Positions 38,341 to 52,400 of a DNA stretch of 64,000 bases are shown in pieces. A program made the translations under genes and the position numbers. Origin of the DNA: Bugula neritina. Taxonomy: Eukaryota > Animalia > Bryozoa. The notes beneath the pieces were generated by a model that was given only the letters and a program-made list of their open reading frames with translations, was not told the origin of the DNA and did no database searches. The stretch spans positions 17,819,081 through 17,883,080 of the forward strand of contig OZ037766.1 in assembly GCA_964035545.1 (NCBI GenBank), in the 5' to 3' direction. Position 1 is the stretch's first letter; every line of letters begins with the position of its first letter.

Positions 38341-40698
38341 GTATGTTGCAGTATTTTGCAATATATTTCAGTATGTTACAGCGTATTTCAGTATGTTGCA
38401 GTATATTTCAGTATGTTACAATAAATTTCAGTATGTTACAGTACATTTCCGTAAATTACACTATACTTCAGTGAGTTGTAGTATATTTCAGTATCTTGCA
38501 GTATATCTCAGTATGTTACAGTATATTTCAGTATGTTGCAGTATATTTCAGCGTGTTTCAGTATATTTCAGTATGTCCTAGTGCATTTCCAGATATTACA
38601 CTATACTTCAGTGAGTTTTAGTGTCTTTCAGTATGTTGCAGTTTGTTGCAGTGTATTTCAGTATGTTACAGTGTATTTCAGTAGGTTTCAGTGTCTTGCA
38701 GTATATTTCAGCATGTTGCAGTATATTTCAGGATGTTGCAGTATGTTTCAGTACAATTCAGTATGTTGCAGTATATTTCAGTGCGTTACAGTATACTTCA
38801 GTATGATACAGTGTATTTCAGCATGTTACAGTGTATTTCAGTATGTTTCAATATTTTTAGGTATATTTCAGTATGTTGAAGTATATTTCAGCGAGTTTCA
38901 GTATATTTCAGTATATCACAGTGCATATCCAGATATTACACTATACTTCAGTGAGTTTTAGTGTCTTTCAGTATGTTACAGTGTATTTCAGTATGTTGCA
39001 GTATTTTGCAATATATTTCAGTATGTTACAGTATATTTCAGTATGTTCCAGTATAATTCAGTATGTTACAATAAATTTCAGTATGTTACAGTATATTTCA
39101 ATATGTTGCAGTATATTTCAGCGTGTTTCAGTATATTTCAGTATGTCACAGTGCATTTCCAGATATTACACTATACTTCAGTGAGTTTTAGTGTCTTTCA
39201 GTATGTTACAGTGTATTTCAGTATGTTGCAGTATTTTGCAATATATTTCAGTATGTTACAGTGTATTTCGGTATGTTGCAGTATAATTCAGTATGTTACA
39301 ATAAATTTCAGTATATTACAGTACATTTCCGTAAATTACACTATACTTCAGTGAGTTGTAGTATATTTCAGTATCTTGCAGTATATCTCAGTTTGTTACA
39401 GTATATTTCAGTATGTTACAGTATATTTCAGTGTGTTACCGTAAATTTCAGTATGTTACAGTGCATTTGCAGATATTACACTATACTTCAGTGAGTTTTA
39501 GTGTCTTTCAGTATGTTGCAGCATATTTCGGCATCTTGCAACTTATTTCAATGTGTTGCAATGTATTTCAATATGTTACAGTGTATTTCAGTATGTTGCA
39601 GTATGTTGCAGTGTATTTTAGTATGTTGCAGTATATTTCAGTGGGTTACAGTATATTCCAGTATGTTCCAGTATGTTGCAGTATATTCCAGTATGTTGCA
39701 GTGTATTTCAGTATGTTACAGTGTATTTCAGTAGTTTGCAACATATTTCAGTAGGTTACCATATATTTCGGTATGTTGCAGCATATTTCAACGTGTTGCA
39801 GTGTATTTCAATATGTTACAGTGTATTTCAGTATGTTGCAGTATGTTGCAGTGTATTTCTGTATGTTACAGTGTATTTCAGTATGTTGCAGTATATTTCA
39901 GTATGTTACAGTATGTTTCAGTATGTTGCAGTTTATTTCCGTGGGTTATAGTATATTTCAGTATGATACAGCGTATTTCAGTATCTTGCAGTATATCTCA
40001 GTATGTTACTGTATATTTCAGTATGTTACAGTATATTTCAGTGTGTTACAGTAAATTTCAGTATGTTACAGTGCATTTGCAGATATTACACTATACTTCA
40101 GTGAGTTTTAGTGTCTTTCAGTATGTTGCAGTATATTTCAGTATGTTGCAGTATTTTGCAATACATTTTAGTATGTTACAGTGTATTTCAGTATGTTGCA
40201 GTATATTTCAGTATGATACAATAAATTTCAGTATGTTACAGTACATTTCCGTAAATTACACTATACTTCAGTGAGTTGTAGTATGTTTCAGTATCTTGCA
40301 GTATATCTCAGTTTGTTACAGTATATTTCAGTATGTTGCAGTATATTTCAGCGTGTTTCAGTATATTTCAGTATGTCACAATGCATTTCCAGATATTACA
40401 CTATACTTCAGTGAGTTTTAGTGTCTTTCAGTATGTTGCAGTATGTTGCAGTGCATTTCAGTATGTTACAGTGTATTTCCGTAGGTTTCAGTGTCTTGCA
40501 GTATATTTCAGCATGTTGCAGTATATTTCAGGATGTTGCAGTATGTTTCAGTATAATTCAGTATGTTGCAGTATATTTCAGTGCGTTACAGTATACTTCA
40601 GTATGATACAGTGTATTTCAGCATGTTACAGTGTATTTCAGAAAGTTTCAATATTTTTAGGTATATTTCAGTATGTTGAAGTATATTTCAGCGTGTTT

Positions 40699-43600
40699 CA
40701 GTATATTTCAGTATGTCACAGTGCATTTCCAGATATTACACTATACTTCAATGAGTTATAGTGTCTTTCAGTATGTTACAGTGTATTTCAGTATGTTGCA
40801 GTATATTTCAATGTGTTACAATAAATTTTAGTATGTTACAGTACATTTCCGTAAATTACACTATACTTCAGTGAGTTGTAGTATATTTCAGTATCTTGCA
40901 GTATATCTCAGTATGTTTCAGTATATTTCAGTATGTTACAGTATATTTCAGTGTGTTACAGTATGTTGCAGTATATTTCAGTAGTTTGCAACATATTTCA
41001 GTAGGTTACCATATATTTCGGTATGTTGCAGCATATTTCAATGTGTTCCAGTGTATTTCAATATGTTACAGTGTATTTCAGTATGTTGCAGTATGTTGCA
41101 GTATGATGCAGTATGTTGCAGTGGATTTCTGTATGTTACAGTGTATTTTAGTACGTTGCAGTATATTTCAGTATGTTACAGTTTGTTTCAGTATGTTGCA
41201 GTATATTTCAGTGGGTTATAGCATATTTCAGTATGATACAGCGTATTTCAGTATGTTACAGTGTATTTCAGTATGTTGCAGTATTTTGCAATATATTTCA
41301 GTATGTTACAGCGTATTTCAGTATGTTGCAGTATATTTCAGTATGTTACAATAAATTTCAGTATGTTACAGTACATTTCCGTAAATTACACTATACTTCA
41401 GTGAGTTGTAGTATATTTCAGTATCTTGCAGTATACCTCAGCATGTTACAGTATATTTCAGTATGTTGCAGTATATTTCAGCGTGTTTCAGTATATTTCA
41501 GTATGTCACAGTGCATTTCCAGATATTACACTATACTTCAGTGAGTTTTAGTGTCTTTCAGTATGTTGCAGTTTGTTGCAGTGTATTTCAGTATGTTACA
41601 GTGTATTTCAGTAGGTTTCAGTGTCTTGCAGTATAATTCAGCGTGTTGCAGTATATTTCAGGATGTTGCAGTATGTTTCAGTACAATTCAGTATGTTGCA
41701 GTATATTTCAGTGCGTTACAGTATACTTCAGTATGATACAGTGTATTTCAGCATGTTACAGTGTATTTCAGTATGTTTCAATATTTTTAGGTATATTTCA
41801 GTATGTTGAAGTATATTTCAGCGAGTTTCAGTATATTTCAGTATATCACAGTGCATATCCAGATATTACACTATACTTCAGTGAGTTTTAGTGTCTTTCA
41901 ATATGTTACAGTGTATTTCAGTATGTTGCAGTATTTTGCAATATATTTCAGTATGTTACAGTATATTTCAGTATGTTGCAGTATAATTTAGTATGTTACA
42001 ATAAATTTCAGTATGTTACAGTATATTTCAATATGTTGCAGTATATTTCAGCGTGTTTCAGTATAATTCAGTATGTCACAATGCATTTCCAGATATTACA
42101 CTATACTTCAGTGAGTTTTAGTGTCTTTCAGTATGTTACAGTGTATTTCAGTATGTTGCAGTATTTTGCAATATATTTCAGTATGTTACAGTGTATTTCA
42201 GTATGTTGCAGTATAATTCAGTATGTTACAATAAATTTCAGTATATTACAGTACATTTCCGTAAATTACACTATACTTCAGTGAGTTGTAGTATATTTCA
42301 GTATCTTGCAGTATATCTCAGTTTGTTACAGTATATTTCTGTATGTTACAGTATATTTCAGTGTGTTACAGTAAATTTCAGTATGTTACAGTGCATTTGC
42401 AGATATTACACTATACTTCAGTGAGTTTTAGTGTCTTTCAGTATGTTGCAGCATATTTCGGCATCTTGCAACTTATTTCAATGTGTTGCAATGTATTTCA
42501 ATATGTTACAGTGTATTTCAGTATGTTGCAGTATGTTGCAGTGTATTTCAGTATGTTACAGTGTATTTCAGTAGGTCTCAGTATCTTGCAGTATATTTTA
42601 GTATGTTGCAGTATATTTCAGTATGTCACAGTGCATTTCCAGATATTACACTATACTTCAATGAGTTATAGTGTCTTTCAGTATGTTACAGTGTATTTCA
42701 GTATGTTGCAGTATATTTCAATGTGTTACAATAAATTTTAGTATGTTACAGTACATTTCCGTAAATTACACTATACTTCAGTGAGTTGTAGTATATTTCA
42801 GTATCTTGCAGTATATCTCAGTATGTTTCAGTATATTTCAGTATGTTACAGTATATTTCAGTGTGTTACAGTATGTTGCAGTATATTTCAGTAGTTTGCA
42901 ACATATTTCAGTAGGTTACCATATATTTCGGTATGTTGCAGCATATTTCAATGTGTTCCAGTGTATTTCAATATGTTACAGTGTATTTCAGTATGTTGCA
43001 GTATGTTGCAGTATGATGCAGTATGTTGCAGTGGATTTCTGTATGTTACAGTGTATTTTAGTACGTTGGAGTATATTTCAGTATGTTACAGTTTGTTTCA
43101 GTATGTTGCAGTATATTTCAGTGGGTTATAGCATATTTCAGTATGATACAGCGTATTTCAGTATGTTACAGTGTATTTCAGTATGTTGCAGTATTTTGCA
43201 ATATATTTCAGTATGTTACAGCGTATTTCAGTATGTTGCAGTATATTTCAGTATGTTACAATAAATTTCAGTATGTTACAGTACATTTCCGTAAATTACA
43301 CTATACTTCAGTGAGTTGTAGTATATTTCAGTATCTTGCAGTATACCTCAGCATGTTACAGTATATTTCAGTATGTTGCAGTATATTTCAGCGTGTTTCA
43401 GTATATTTCAGTATGTCACAGTGCATTTCCAGATATTACACTATACTTCAGTGAGTTTTAGTGTCTTTCAGTATGTTGCAGTTTGTTGCAGTGTATTTCA
43501 GTATGTTACAGTGTATTTCAGTAGGTTTCAGTGTCTTGCAGTATAATTCAGCGTGTTGCAGTATATTTCAGGATGTTGCAGTATGTTTCAGTACAATTCA

Positions 43601-44530
43601 GTATGTTGCAGTATATTTCAGTGCGTTACAGTATACTTCAGTATGATACAGTGTATTTCAGCATGTTACAGTGTATTTCAGTATGTTTCAATATTTTTAG
43701 GTATATTTCAGTATGTTGAAGTATATTTCAGCGAGTTTCAGTATATTTCAGTATATCACAGTGCATATCCAGATATTACACTATACTTCAGTGAGTTTTA
43801 GTGTCTTTCAATATGTTACAGTGTATTTCAGTATGTTGCAGTATTTTGCAATATATTTCAGTATGTTACAGTATATTTCAGTATGTTGCAGTATAATTTA
43901 GTATGTTACAATAAATTTCAGTATGTTACAGTATATTTCAATATGTTGCAGTATATTTCAGCGTGTTTCAGTATAATTCAGTATGTCACAGTGCATTTCC
44001 AGATATTACACTATACTTCAGTGAGTTTTAGTGTCTTTCAGTATGTTACAGTGTATTTCAGTATGTTGCAGTATTTTGCAATATATTTCAGTATGTTACA
44101 GTGTATTTCAGTATGTTGCAGTATAATTCAGTATGTTACAATAAATTTCAGTATATTACAGTACATTTCCGTAAATTACACTATACTTCAGTGAGTTGTA
44201 GTATATTTCAGTATCTTGCAGTATATCTCAGTTTGTTACAGTATATTTCTGTATGTTACAGTATATTTCAGTGTGTTACAGTAAATTTCAGTATGTTACA
44301 GTGCATTTGCAGATATTACACTATACTTCAGTGAGTTTTAGTGTCTTTCAGTATGTTGCAGCATATTTCGGCATCTTGCAACTTATTTCAATGTGTTGCA
44401 ATGTATTTCAATATGTTACAGTGTATTTCAGTATGTTGCAGTATGTTGCAGTGTATTTCAGTATGTTACAGTGTATTTCAGTAGGTCTCAGTATCTTGCA
44501 GTATATTTTAGTATGTTGCAGTATATTTCA
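40699..44530 (+). repeat. 2 x 1910-bp tandem higher-order unit
   Basis: ORF pairs 40896/42806, 41173/43083, 41973/43883 and 42343/44253. Confidence 0.9.
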
Positions 44531-46499
44531 GTGGGTTACAGTATATTCCAGTATGTTCCAGTATGTTGCAGTATATTCCAGTATGTTGCAGTGTATTTCA
44601 GTATGTTACAGTGTATTTCAGTAGTTTGCAACATATTTCAGTAGGTTACCATGTATTTCGGTATGTTACAGCATATTTCAATGTGTTGCAGTGTATTTCA
44701 ATATGTTACAGTGTATTTCAGTATGTTGCAGTATGTTGCAGTGTATTTCTGTATGTTACAGTGTATTTCAGTATGTTGCAGTATATTTCAGTAGGTTACA
44801 GTATGTTTCAGTATGTTGCAGTTTATTTCCGTGGTTTATAGTATATTTCAGTATGATACAGCGTATTTCAGTATGTTGCAGTATAATTCAGTAGTTTGCA
44901 ACATATTTCAGTAGGTTACCATAAATTTCGGTATGTTGCAGCATATTTCAATGTGTTCCAGTGTATTTCAATATGTTACAGTGTATTTCAGTATGTTGCA
45001 GTATGTTGCAGTATGATGCAGTATGTTGCAGTGTATTTCTGTATGTTACAGTGTACTTTAGTATGTTGCAGTATATTTCAGTATGTTACAGTATGTTTCA
45101 GTATGTTGCAGTATATTTCAGTGGGTTATAGCATATTTCAGTATGATACAGCGTATTTCAGTATGTTACAGTGTATTTCAGTATGTTGCAGTATTTTGCA
45201 ATATATTTCAGTATGTTACAGCGTATTTCAGTATGTTGCAGTATATTTCAGTATGTTACAATCAATTTCAGTATGTTACAGTACATTTCCGTGAATTACA
45301 CTATACTTCAGTGAGTTGTAGTATATTTCAGTATCTTGCAGTATATCTCAGTATGTTACTGTATATTTCAGTATGTTACAGTATATTTCAGTGTGTTACA
45401 GTAAATTTCAGTATGTTACAGTGCATTTGCAGATATTACACTATACTTCAGTGAGTTTTAGTGTCTTTCAGTATGTTGCAGTATATTTCAGTATGTTGCA
45501 GTATTTTGCAATACATTTTAGTATGTTACAGTGTATTTCAGTATCTTGCAGTATATTTCAGTATGATACAATAAATTTCAGTATGTTACAGTACATTTCC
45601 GTAAATTACACTATACTTCAGTGAGTTGTAGTATGTTTCAGTATCTTGCAGTATATCTCAGTTTGTTACAGTATATTTCAGTATGTTGCAGTATATTTCA
45701 GCGTGTTTCAGTATATTTCAGTATGTCACAGTGCATTTCCAGATATTACACTATACTTCAGTGAGTTTTAGTGTCTTTCAGTATGTTGCAGTATGTTGCA
45801 GTGTATTTCAGTATGTTACAGTGTATTTCCGTAGGTTTCAGTGTCTTGCAGTATACTTCAGCATGTTGCAGTATATTTCAGGATGTTGCAGTATGTTTCA
45901 GTATTATTCAGTATGTTGCAGTATATTTCAGTACGTTACAGTATACTTCAGTATGATACAGTGTATTTCAGCATGTTACAGTGTATTTCAGTAAGTTTCA
46001 ATATTTTTAGGTATATTTCAGTATGTTGAAGTATATTTCAGCGTGTTTCAGTATATTTCAGTATGTCACAGTGCATTTCCAGATATTACACTATACTTCA
46101 ATGAGTTATAGTGTCTTTCAGTATGTTACAGTGTATTTCAGTATGTTGCAGTATTTTGCAATACATTTCAGTATGTTACAGTATATTTCAGTATGTTGCA
46201 GTATAATTCAGTATGTTACAATAAATTTCAGTATGTTACAGTATATTTCAGTATGTTGCAGTATATTTCAGCGTGTTTCAGTATATTTCAGTATGTCACA
46301 GTGCATTTCCGGATATTACACTATACTTCAGTGAGTTTTAGTGTCTTTCAGTATGTTACAGTGTATTTCAGTATGTTGCAGTATTTTGCAATATATTTCA
46401 GTATGTTACAGTGTATTTCAGTATGTTGCAGTATAATTCAGTATGTTACAATAAATTTCAGTATGTTACAGTACATTTCCGTAAATTACACTATACTTC

Positions 46500-49400
46500 A
46501 GTGAGTTGTAGTATATTTCAGTATCTTGCAGTATATCTCAGTTTGTTACAGTATATTTCAGTGTGTTACAGTAAATTTCAGTATGTTACAGTGCATTTGC
46601 AGATATTACACTATACTTCAGTGAGTTTTAGTGTCTTTCAGTATGTTGCAGTATATTTAAGTATGTTGCAGTATTTTGCAATATCTTTTAGTATGTTACA
46701 GTGTATTTCAGTACGTTGCAGTATATTTCAGTATGATACAATAACTTTCAGTGTGTTACAGTACATTTCTGCAAATTACACTATACTTCAGTGAGTTGTA
46801 GTATATTTCAGTATCTTGCAGTATATCTCAGTATGTTACAGTTTATTTCAGTATGTTCCAGTATATTTCAGCGTGTTTCAGTATATTTCAGTATGCCACA
46901 GTGCATTTTTAGATTTTTCACTATACTTCAGTGAATTTTAGTGTCTTTCAGTATGTTGCAGTATATTTCGGTATCTTGCAACTTATTTCAATGTGTTGCA
47001 ATGTATTTCAATATGTTACAGTGTATTTCAGTATGTTGCAGTATGTTGCAGTGTATTTCAGTATGTTACAGTGTATTTCAGTAGGTTTCAGTATCTTGCA
47101 GTATATTTCAGTATGTTGCAGTATATTTCAGTGGGTTACAGTATATTCCAGTATGTTCCATTATGTTGCAGTATATTTCAGTATGTTGCAGTGTATTTCA
47201 GTATGTTACAGTGTATTTCAATATGTTGCAGTATGTTGCAGTGTATTTCTGTATGTTACAGGGTATTTCAGTATGTTGCAGTATATTTCAGTATGTTACA
47301 GTATGTTTCAGTATGTTGCAGTATATTTCCGTGGGTTATAGTATATTTCAGTATGATACAGCGTATTTCAGTATGTTACAGTGTATTTCAGTATGTTGCA
47401 GTATTTTGGAATGCATTTCAGTATGTTACAGTGTATTTCAGTATGTTGCAGTATATTTCAGTATGTTACAATAAATTTCAGTATGTTACAGTACATTTCC
47501 GTAAATTACACCATACTTCAGTGAGTTGTAGTATATTTCAGTATTCGGCAGTATATCTCAGTATGTTACAGTATATTTCAGTATGTTACAGTATATTTCA
47601 GTGTGTTACAGTATGTTGAGTATATTTCAGTAGTTTGCAACATATTTCAGTAGGTTACCAGATATTTCGGTATGTTGCAGCATTTTTCAATGTCTTGCAG
47701 TGTATTTCAATATGTTACAGTGTATTTCAGTATGTTGCAGTATGTTGCAGTATGATGCAGTATGTTTCAGTGTATTTCTGTATGTTACAGTGTATTTCAG
47801 TATGTTGCAGTATATTTCAGTATGTTACAGTATGTTTCAGTATGTTGCAGTATATTTCAGTGGGTTATAGTATATTTCAGTATGATACAGCGTATTTCAG
47901 TATGTTACAGTGTATTTCAGTATGTTGCAGTATTTTGCAATATATTTCAGTATGTTACAGCGTATTTCAGTATGTTGCAGTATATTTCAGTATGTTACAA
48001 TAAATTTCAGTATGTTACAGTACATTTCCGTAAATTACACTATACTTCAGTGAGTTGTAGTATATTTCAGTATCTTGCAGTATATCTCAGTATGTTACTG
48101 TATATTTCAGTATGTTACAGTATATTTAGGTGTGTTACGGTAAACTTCAGTATGTTACAGTGCATTTGCAGATATTACACTATACTTCAGTGAGTTTTAG
48201 TGTCTTTTAGTGTGTTGCAGTATATTTAAGTATGTTGCAGTATTTTGCAATATATTTTAGTATGTTACAGTGTATTTCAGTACGTTGCAGTATATTTCAG
48301 TATGATACAATAAATTTCAGTGTGTTACAGTACATATCTGCAAATTACACTATACTTCAGTGAGTTGTAGTATATTTCAGTATCTTGCAGTATATCTCAG
48401 TATGTTACAGTTTATTTCAGTATGTTCCAGTATATTTCAGGGTGTTTCAGTATATTTCAGTATGCCACAGTGCATTTTTAGATTTTTCACTATACTTCAG
48501 TGAGTTTTAGTGTCTTTCAGTATGTTGCAGTATATTTCGGTATCTTGCAACTTATTTCAATTTGTTGCAATGTATTTCAATATGTTACAGTGTATTTCAG
48601 TATGTTGCAGTATGTTGCAGTGTATTTCAGTATGTTACAGTGTATTTCAGTAGGTTTCAGTATCTTGCAGTATATTTCAGTATGTTGCAGTATATTTCAG
48701 TGGGTTACAGTATATTCCAGTATGTTCCAGTATGTTGCAGTATATTTCAGTATGTTACAGTGTATTTCAGTATGTTGCAGTATGTTGCAGTGTATTTCTG
48801 TATGTTACAGCGTATTTCTGTATGTTACAGTGTGTTTCAGTAGTTTGCAACATATTTCAGTAGGTTACCATATATTTCGGTATGTTGCAGCATATTTCAA
48901 CGTGTTGCAGTGTATTTGAATATGTTACAGTGTATTTCAGTATGTTGCAGTATGTTGCAGTGTATTTCTGTATGTTACAGGGTATTTCAGTATGTTGCAG
49001 TATATTTCAGTATGTTACAGTATGGTTCAGTATGTTGCAGTATATTTCCGTGGGTTATAGTACATTTCAGTATGATACAGCGTATTTCAGTATGTTACAG
49101 TGTATTTCAGTATGTTGCAGTATTTTGCAATGCATTTCAGTATGTTACAGTGTATTACAGTATGTTGCACTATATTTCAGTATGTTATAATAAATTTCAG
49201 TATGTTACAGTACATTTCCGTAAATTACACTATACCTCAGTGAGTTGTAGTATATTTCAGTATCTTGCAGTATATCTCAGTATGTTACAGTATATTTCAG
49301 TATGTTACAGCATATTTCAGTGTGTTACAGTATGTTGAGTATATTTCAGTAGTTTGCAACATATTTCAGTAGGTTACCAGATATTTCGGTATGTTGCAGC

Positions 49401-52400
49401 ATATTTCAATGTGTTGCAATGTATTTCAATATGTTACAGTGTATTTCAGTATGTTGCAGTATGTTGCAGTGTATTTCAGTATGTTACAGTGTATTTCAGT
49501 AGGTTTCAGTATCTTGCAGTATATTTCAGTATGTTGCAGTATATCTCAGTGGGTTACAGTATATTCCAGTATGTTCCATTATGTTGCAGTATATTTCAGT
49601 ATGTTGCAGTGTATTTCAGTATGTTACAGTGTATTTCAGTATGTTGCAGTATGTTGCAGTGTATTTCTGTATGTTACAGCGTATTTCTGTATGTTACAGT
49701 GTATTTCAGTAGTTTGCAACATATTTCAGTAGGTTACCATATATTTCGGTATGTTGCAGCATATTTCAATGAATTGCAGTGTATTTCAATATGTTACAGT
49801 GTATTTCAGTATGTTGCAGTATGTTGCAGTGTATTTCTGTATGTTACAGGGTATTTCAGTATGTTGCAGTATATTTCAGTATGTTACAGTATGTTTCAGT
49901 ATGTTGCAGTATATTTCCGTGGGTTATAGTATATTTCAGTATGATACAGCGTATTTCAGTTTGTTACAGTGTATTTCAGTATGTTGCAGTATTTTGGAAT
50001 GCATTTCAGTATGTTACAGTGTATTTCAGTATGTTGCAGTATATTTCAGTATGTTACAATAAATTTCAGTATGTTACAGTACATTTCCGTAAATTACACC
50101 ATACTTCAGTGAGTTGTAGTATATTTCAGTATTCGGCAGTATATCTCAGTATGTTACAGTATATTTCAGTATGTTACAGTATATTTCAGTTTGTTACAGT
50201 ATGTTGAGTATATTTCAGTAGTTTGCAACATATTTCAGTAGGTTACCAGATATTTCGGTATGTTGCAGCATATTTCAATGTCTTGCAGTGTATTTCAATA
50301 TGTTACAGTGTATTTCAGTATGTTGCAGTATGTTGCAGTATGATGCAGTATGTTTCAGTGTATTTCTGTATGTTACAGTGTATTTCAGTATGTTGCAGTA
50401 TATTTCAGTATGTTACAGTATGTTTCAGTATGTTGCAGTATATTTCAGTGGGTTATAGTATATTTCAGTATGATACAGCGTGTTTCAGTATGTTACAGTG
50501 TATTTCAGTATGTTGCAGTATTTTGCAATATATTTCAGTATGTTACAGCGTATTTCAGTATGTTGCAGTATATTTCAGTATGTTACAATAAATTTCAGTA
50601 TGTTACAGTACATTTCCGTAAATTACACTATACTTCAGTGAGTTGTAGTATATTTCAGTATCTTGCAGTATATCTCAGTATGTTACTGTATATTTCAGTA
50701 TGTTACAGTATGTTTAAGTGTGTTACAGTAAACTTCAGTATGTTACAGTGCATTTGCAGATATTACACTATACTTCAGTGAGTTTTAGTGTCTTTTAGTG
50801 TGTTGCAGTATATTTAAGTATGTTGCAGTATTTTGCAATATATTTTAGTATGTTACAGTTTATTTCAGTACGTTGCAGTATATTTCAGTATGATACAATA
50901 AATTTCAGTGTGTTACAGTACATATCTGCAAATTACACTATACCTCAGTGAGTTGTAGTATATTTCAGTATCTTGCAGTATATCTCAGTATGTTACAGTT
51001 TATTTCAGTATGTTCCAGTATATTTCAGCGTGTTTCAGTATATTTCAGTATGCCACAGTGCATTTTTAGATTTTTCACTATACTTCAGTGAGTTTTAGTG
51101 TCTTTCAGTATGTTGTAGTATATTTCGGTATCTTGCAACTTATTTCAATTTGTTGCAATGTATTTCAATATGTTACAGTGTATTTCAGTATGTTGCAGTA
51201 TGTTGCAGTGTATTTCAGTATGTTACAGTGTATTTCAGTAGGTTTCAGTATCTTGCAGTATATTTCAGTATGTTGCAGTATATTTCAGTGGGTTACAGTA
51301 TATTCCAGTATGTTCCAGTATGTTGCAGTATATTTCAGTATGTTACAGTGTATTTCAGTATGTTGCAGTATGTTGCAGTGTATTTCTGTATGTTACAGCG
51401 TATTTCTGTATGTTACAGTGTGTTTCAGTAGTTTGCAACATATTTCAGTAGGTTACCATATATTTCGTTATGTTGCAGCATATTTCAACGCGTTGCAGTG
51501 TATTTGAATATGTTACAGTGTATTTCAGTATGTTGCAGTATGTTGCAGTGTATTTCTGTATGTTACAGGGTATTTCAGTATGTTGCAGTATATTTCAGTA
51601 TGTTACAGTATGGTTCAGTATGTTGCAGTATATTTCCGTGGGTTATAGTACATTTCAGTATGATACAGCGTATTTCAGTATGTTACAGTGTATTTCAGTA
51701 TGTTGCAGTATTTTGCAATGCATTTCAGTATGTTACAGTGTATTACAGTATGTTGCAGTATATTTCAGTATGTTATAATAAATTTCAGTATGTTACAGTA
51801 CATTTCCGTAAATTACACTATACCTCAGTGAGTTGTAGTATATTTCAGTATCTTGCAGTATATCTCAGTATGTTACAGTATATTTCAGTATGTTACAGCA
51901 TATTTCAGTGTGTTACAGTATGTTGAGTATATTTCAGTAGTTTGCAACATATTTCAGTAGGTTACCAGATATTTCGGTATGTTGCAGCATATTTCAATGT
52001 GTTGCAGTGCATTTCAATATGTTACAGTGTATTTCAGTATGTTGCAGTATGTTGCAGTATGATGCAGTATGTTGCAGTGTATTTCTGATTGTTACAGTGT
52101 ATTTCAGTTTGTTGCAGTATATTTCAGTATGTTACAGTATGTTTCAGTATGTTGCAGTATATTTCAGTGGGTTATAGTATATTTCAGTATGATACAGCGT
52201 ATTTCAGTATGTTACAGTGTATTTCAGTATGTTACAGTATGTTTCAGTATGTTGCAGTATATTTCCGTGGGTTATAGTATATTTCAGTATGATACAGCGT
52301 ATTTCAGTATGTTTCAGTGTATTTCAGTATGTTGCGGTATTTTGCAATGCATTTCAGTATGTTACAGTGTATTTCAGTATGTTGCAGTATATTTCAGTAT

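Noticed and set aside
38440-46960. Landmark box as a CENP-B box
   Set aside because: It lacks the TTCG....A..CGGG core.
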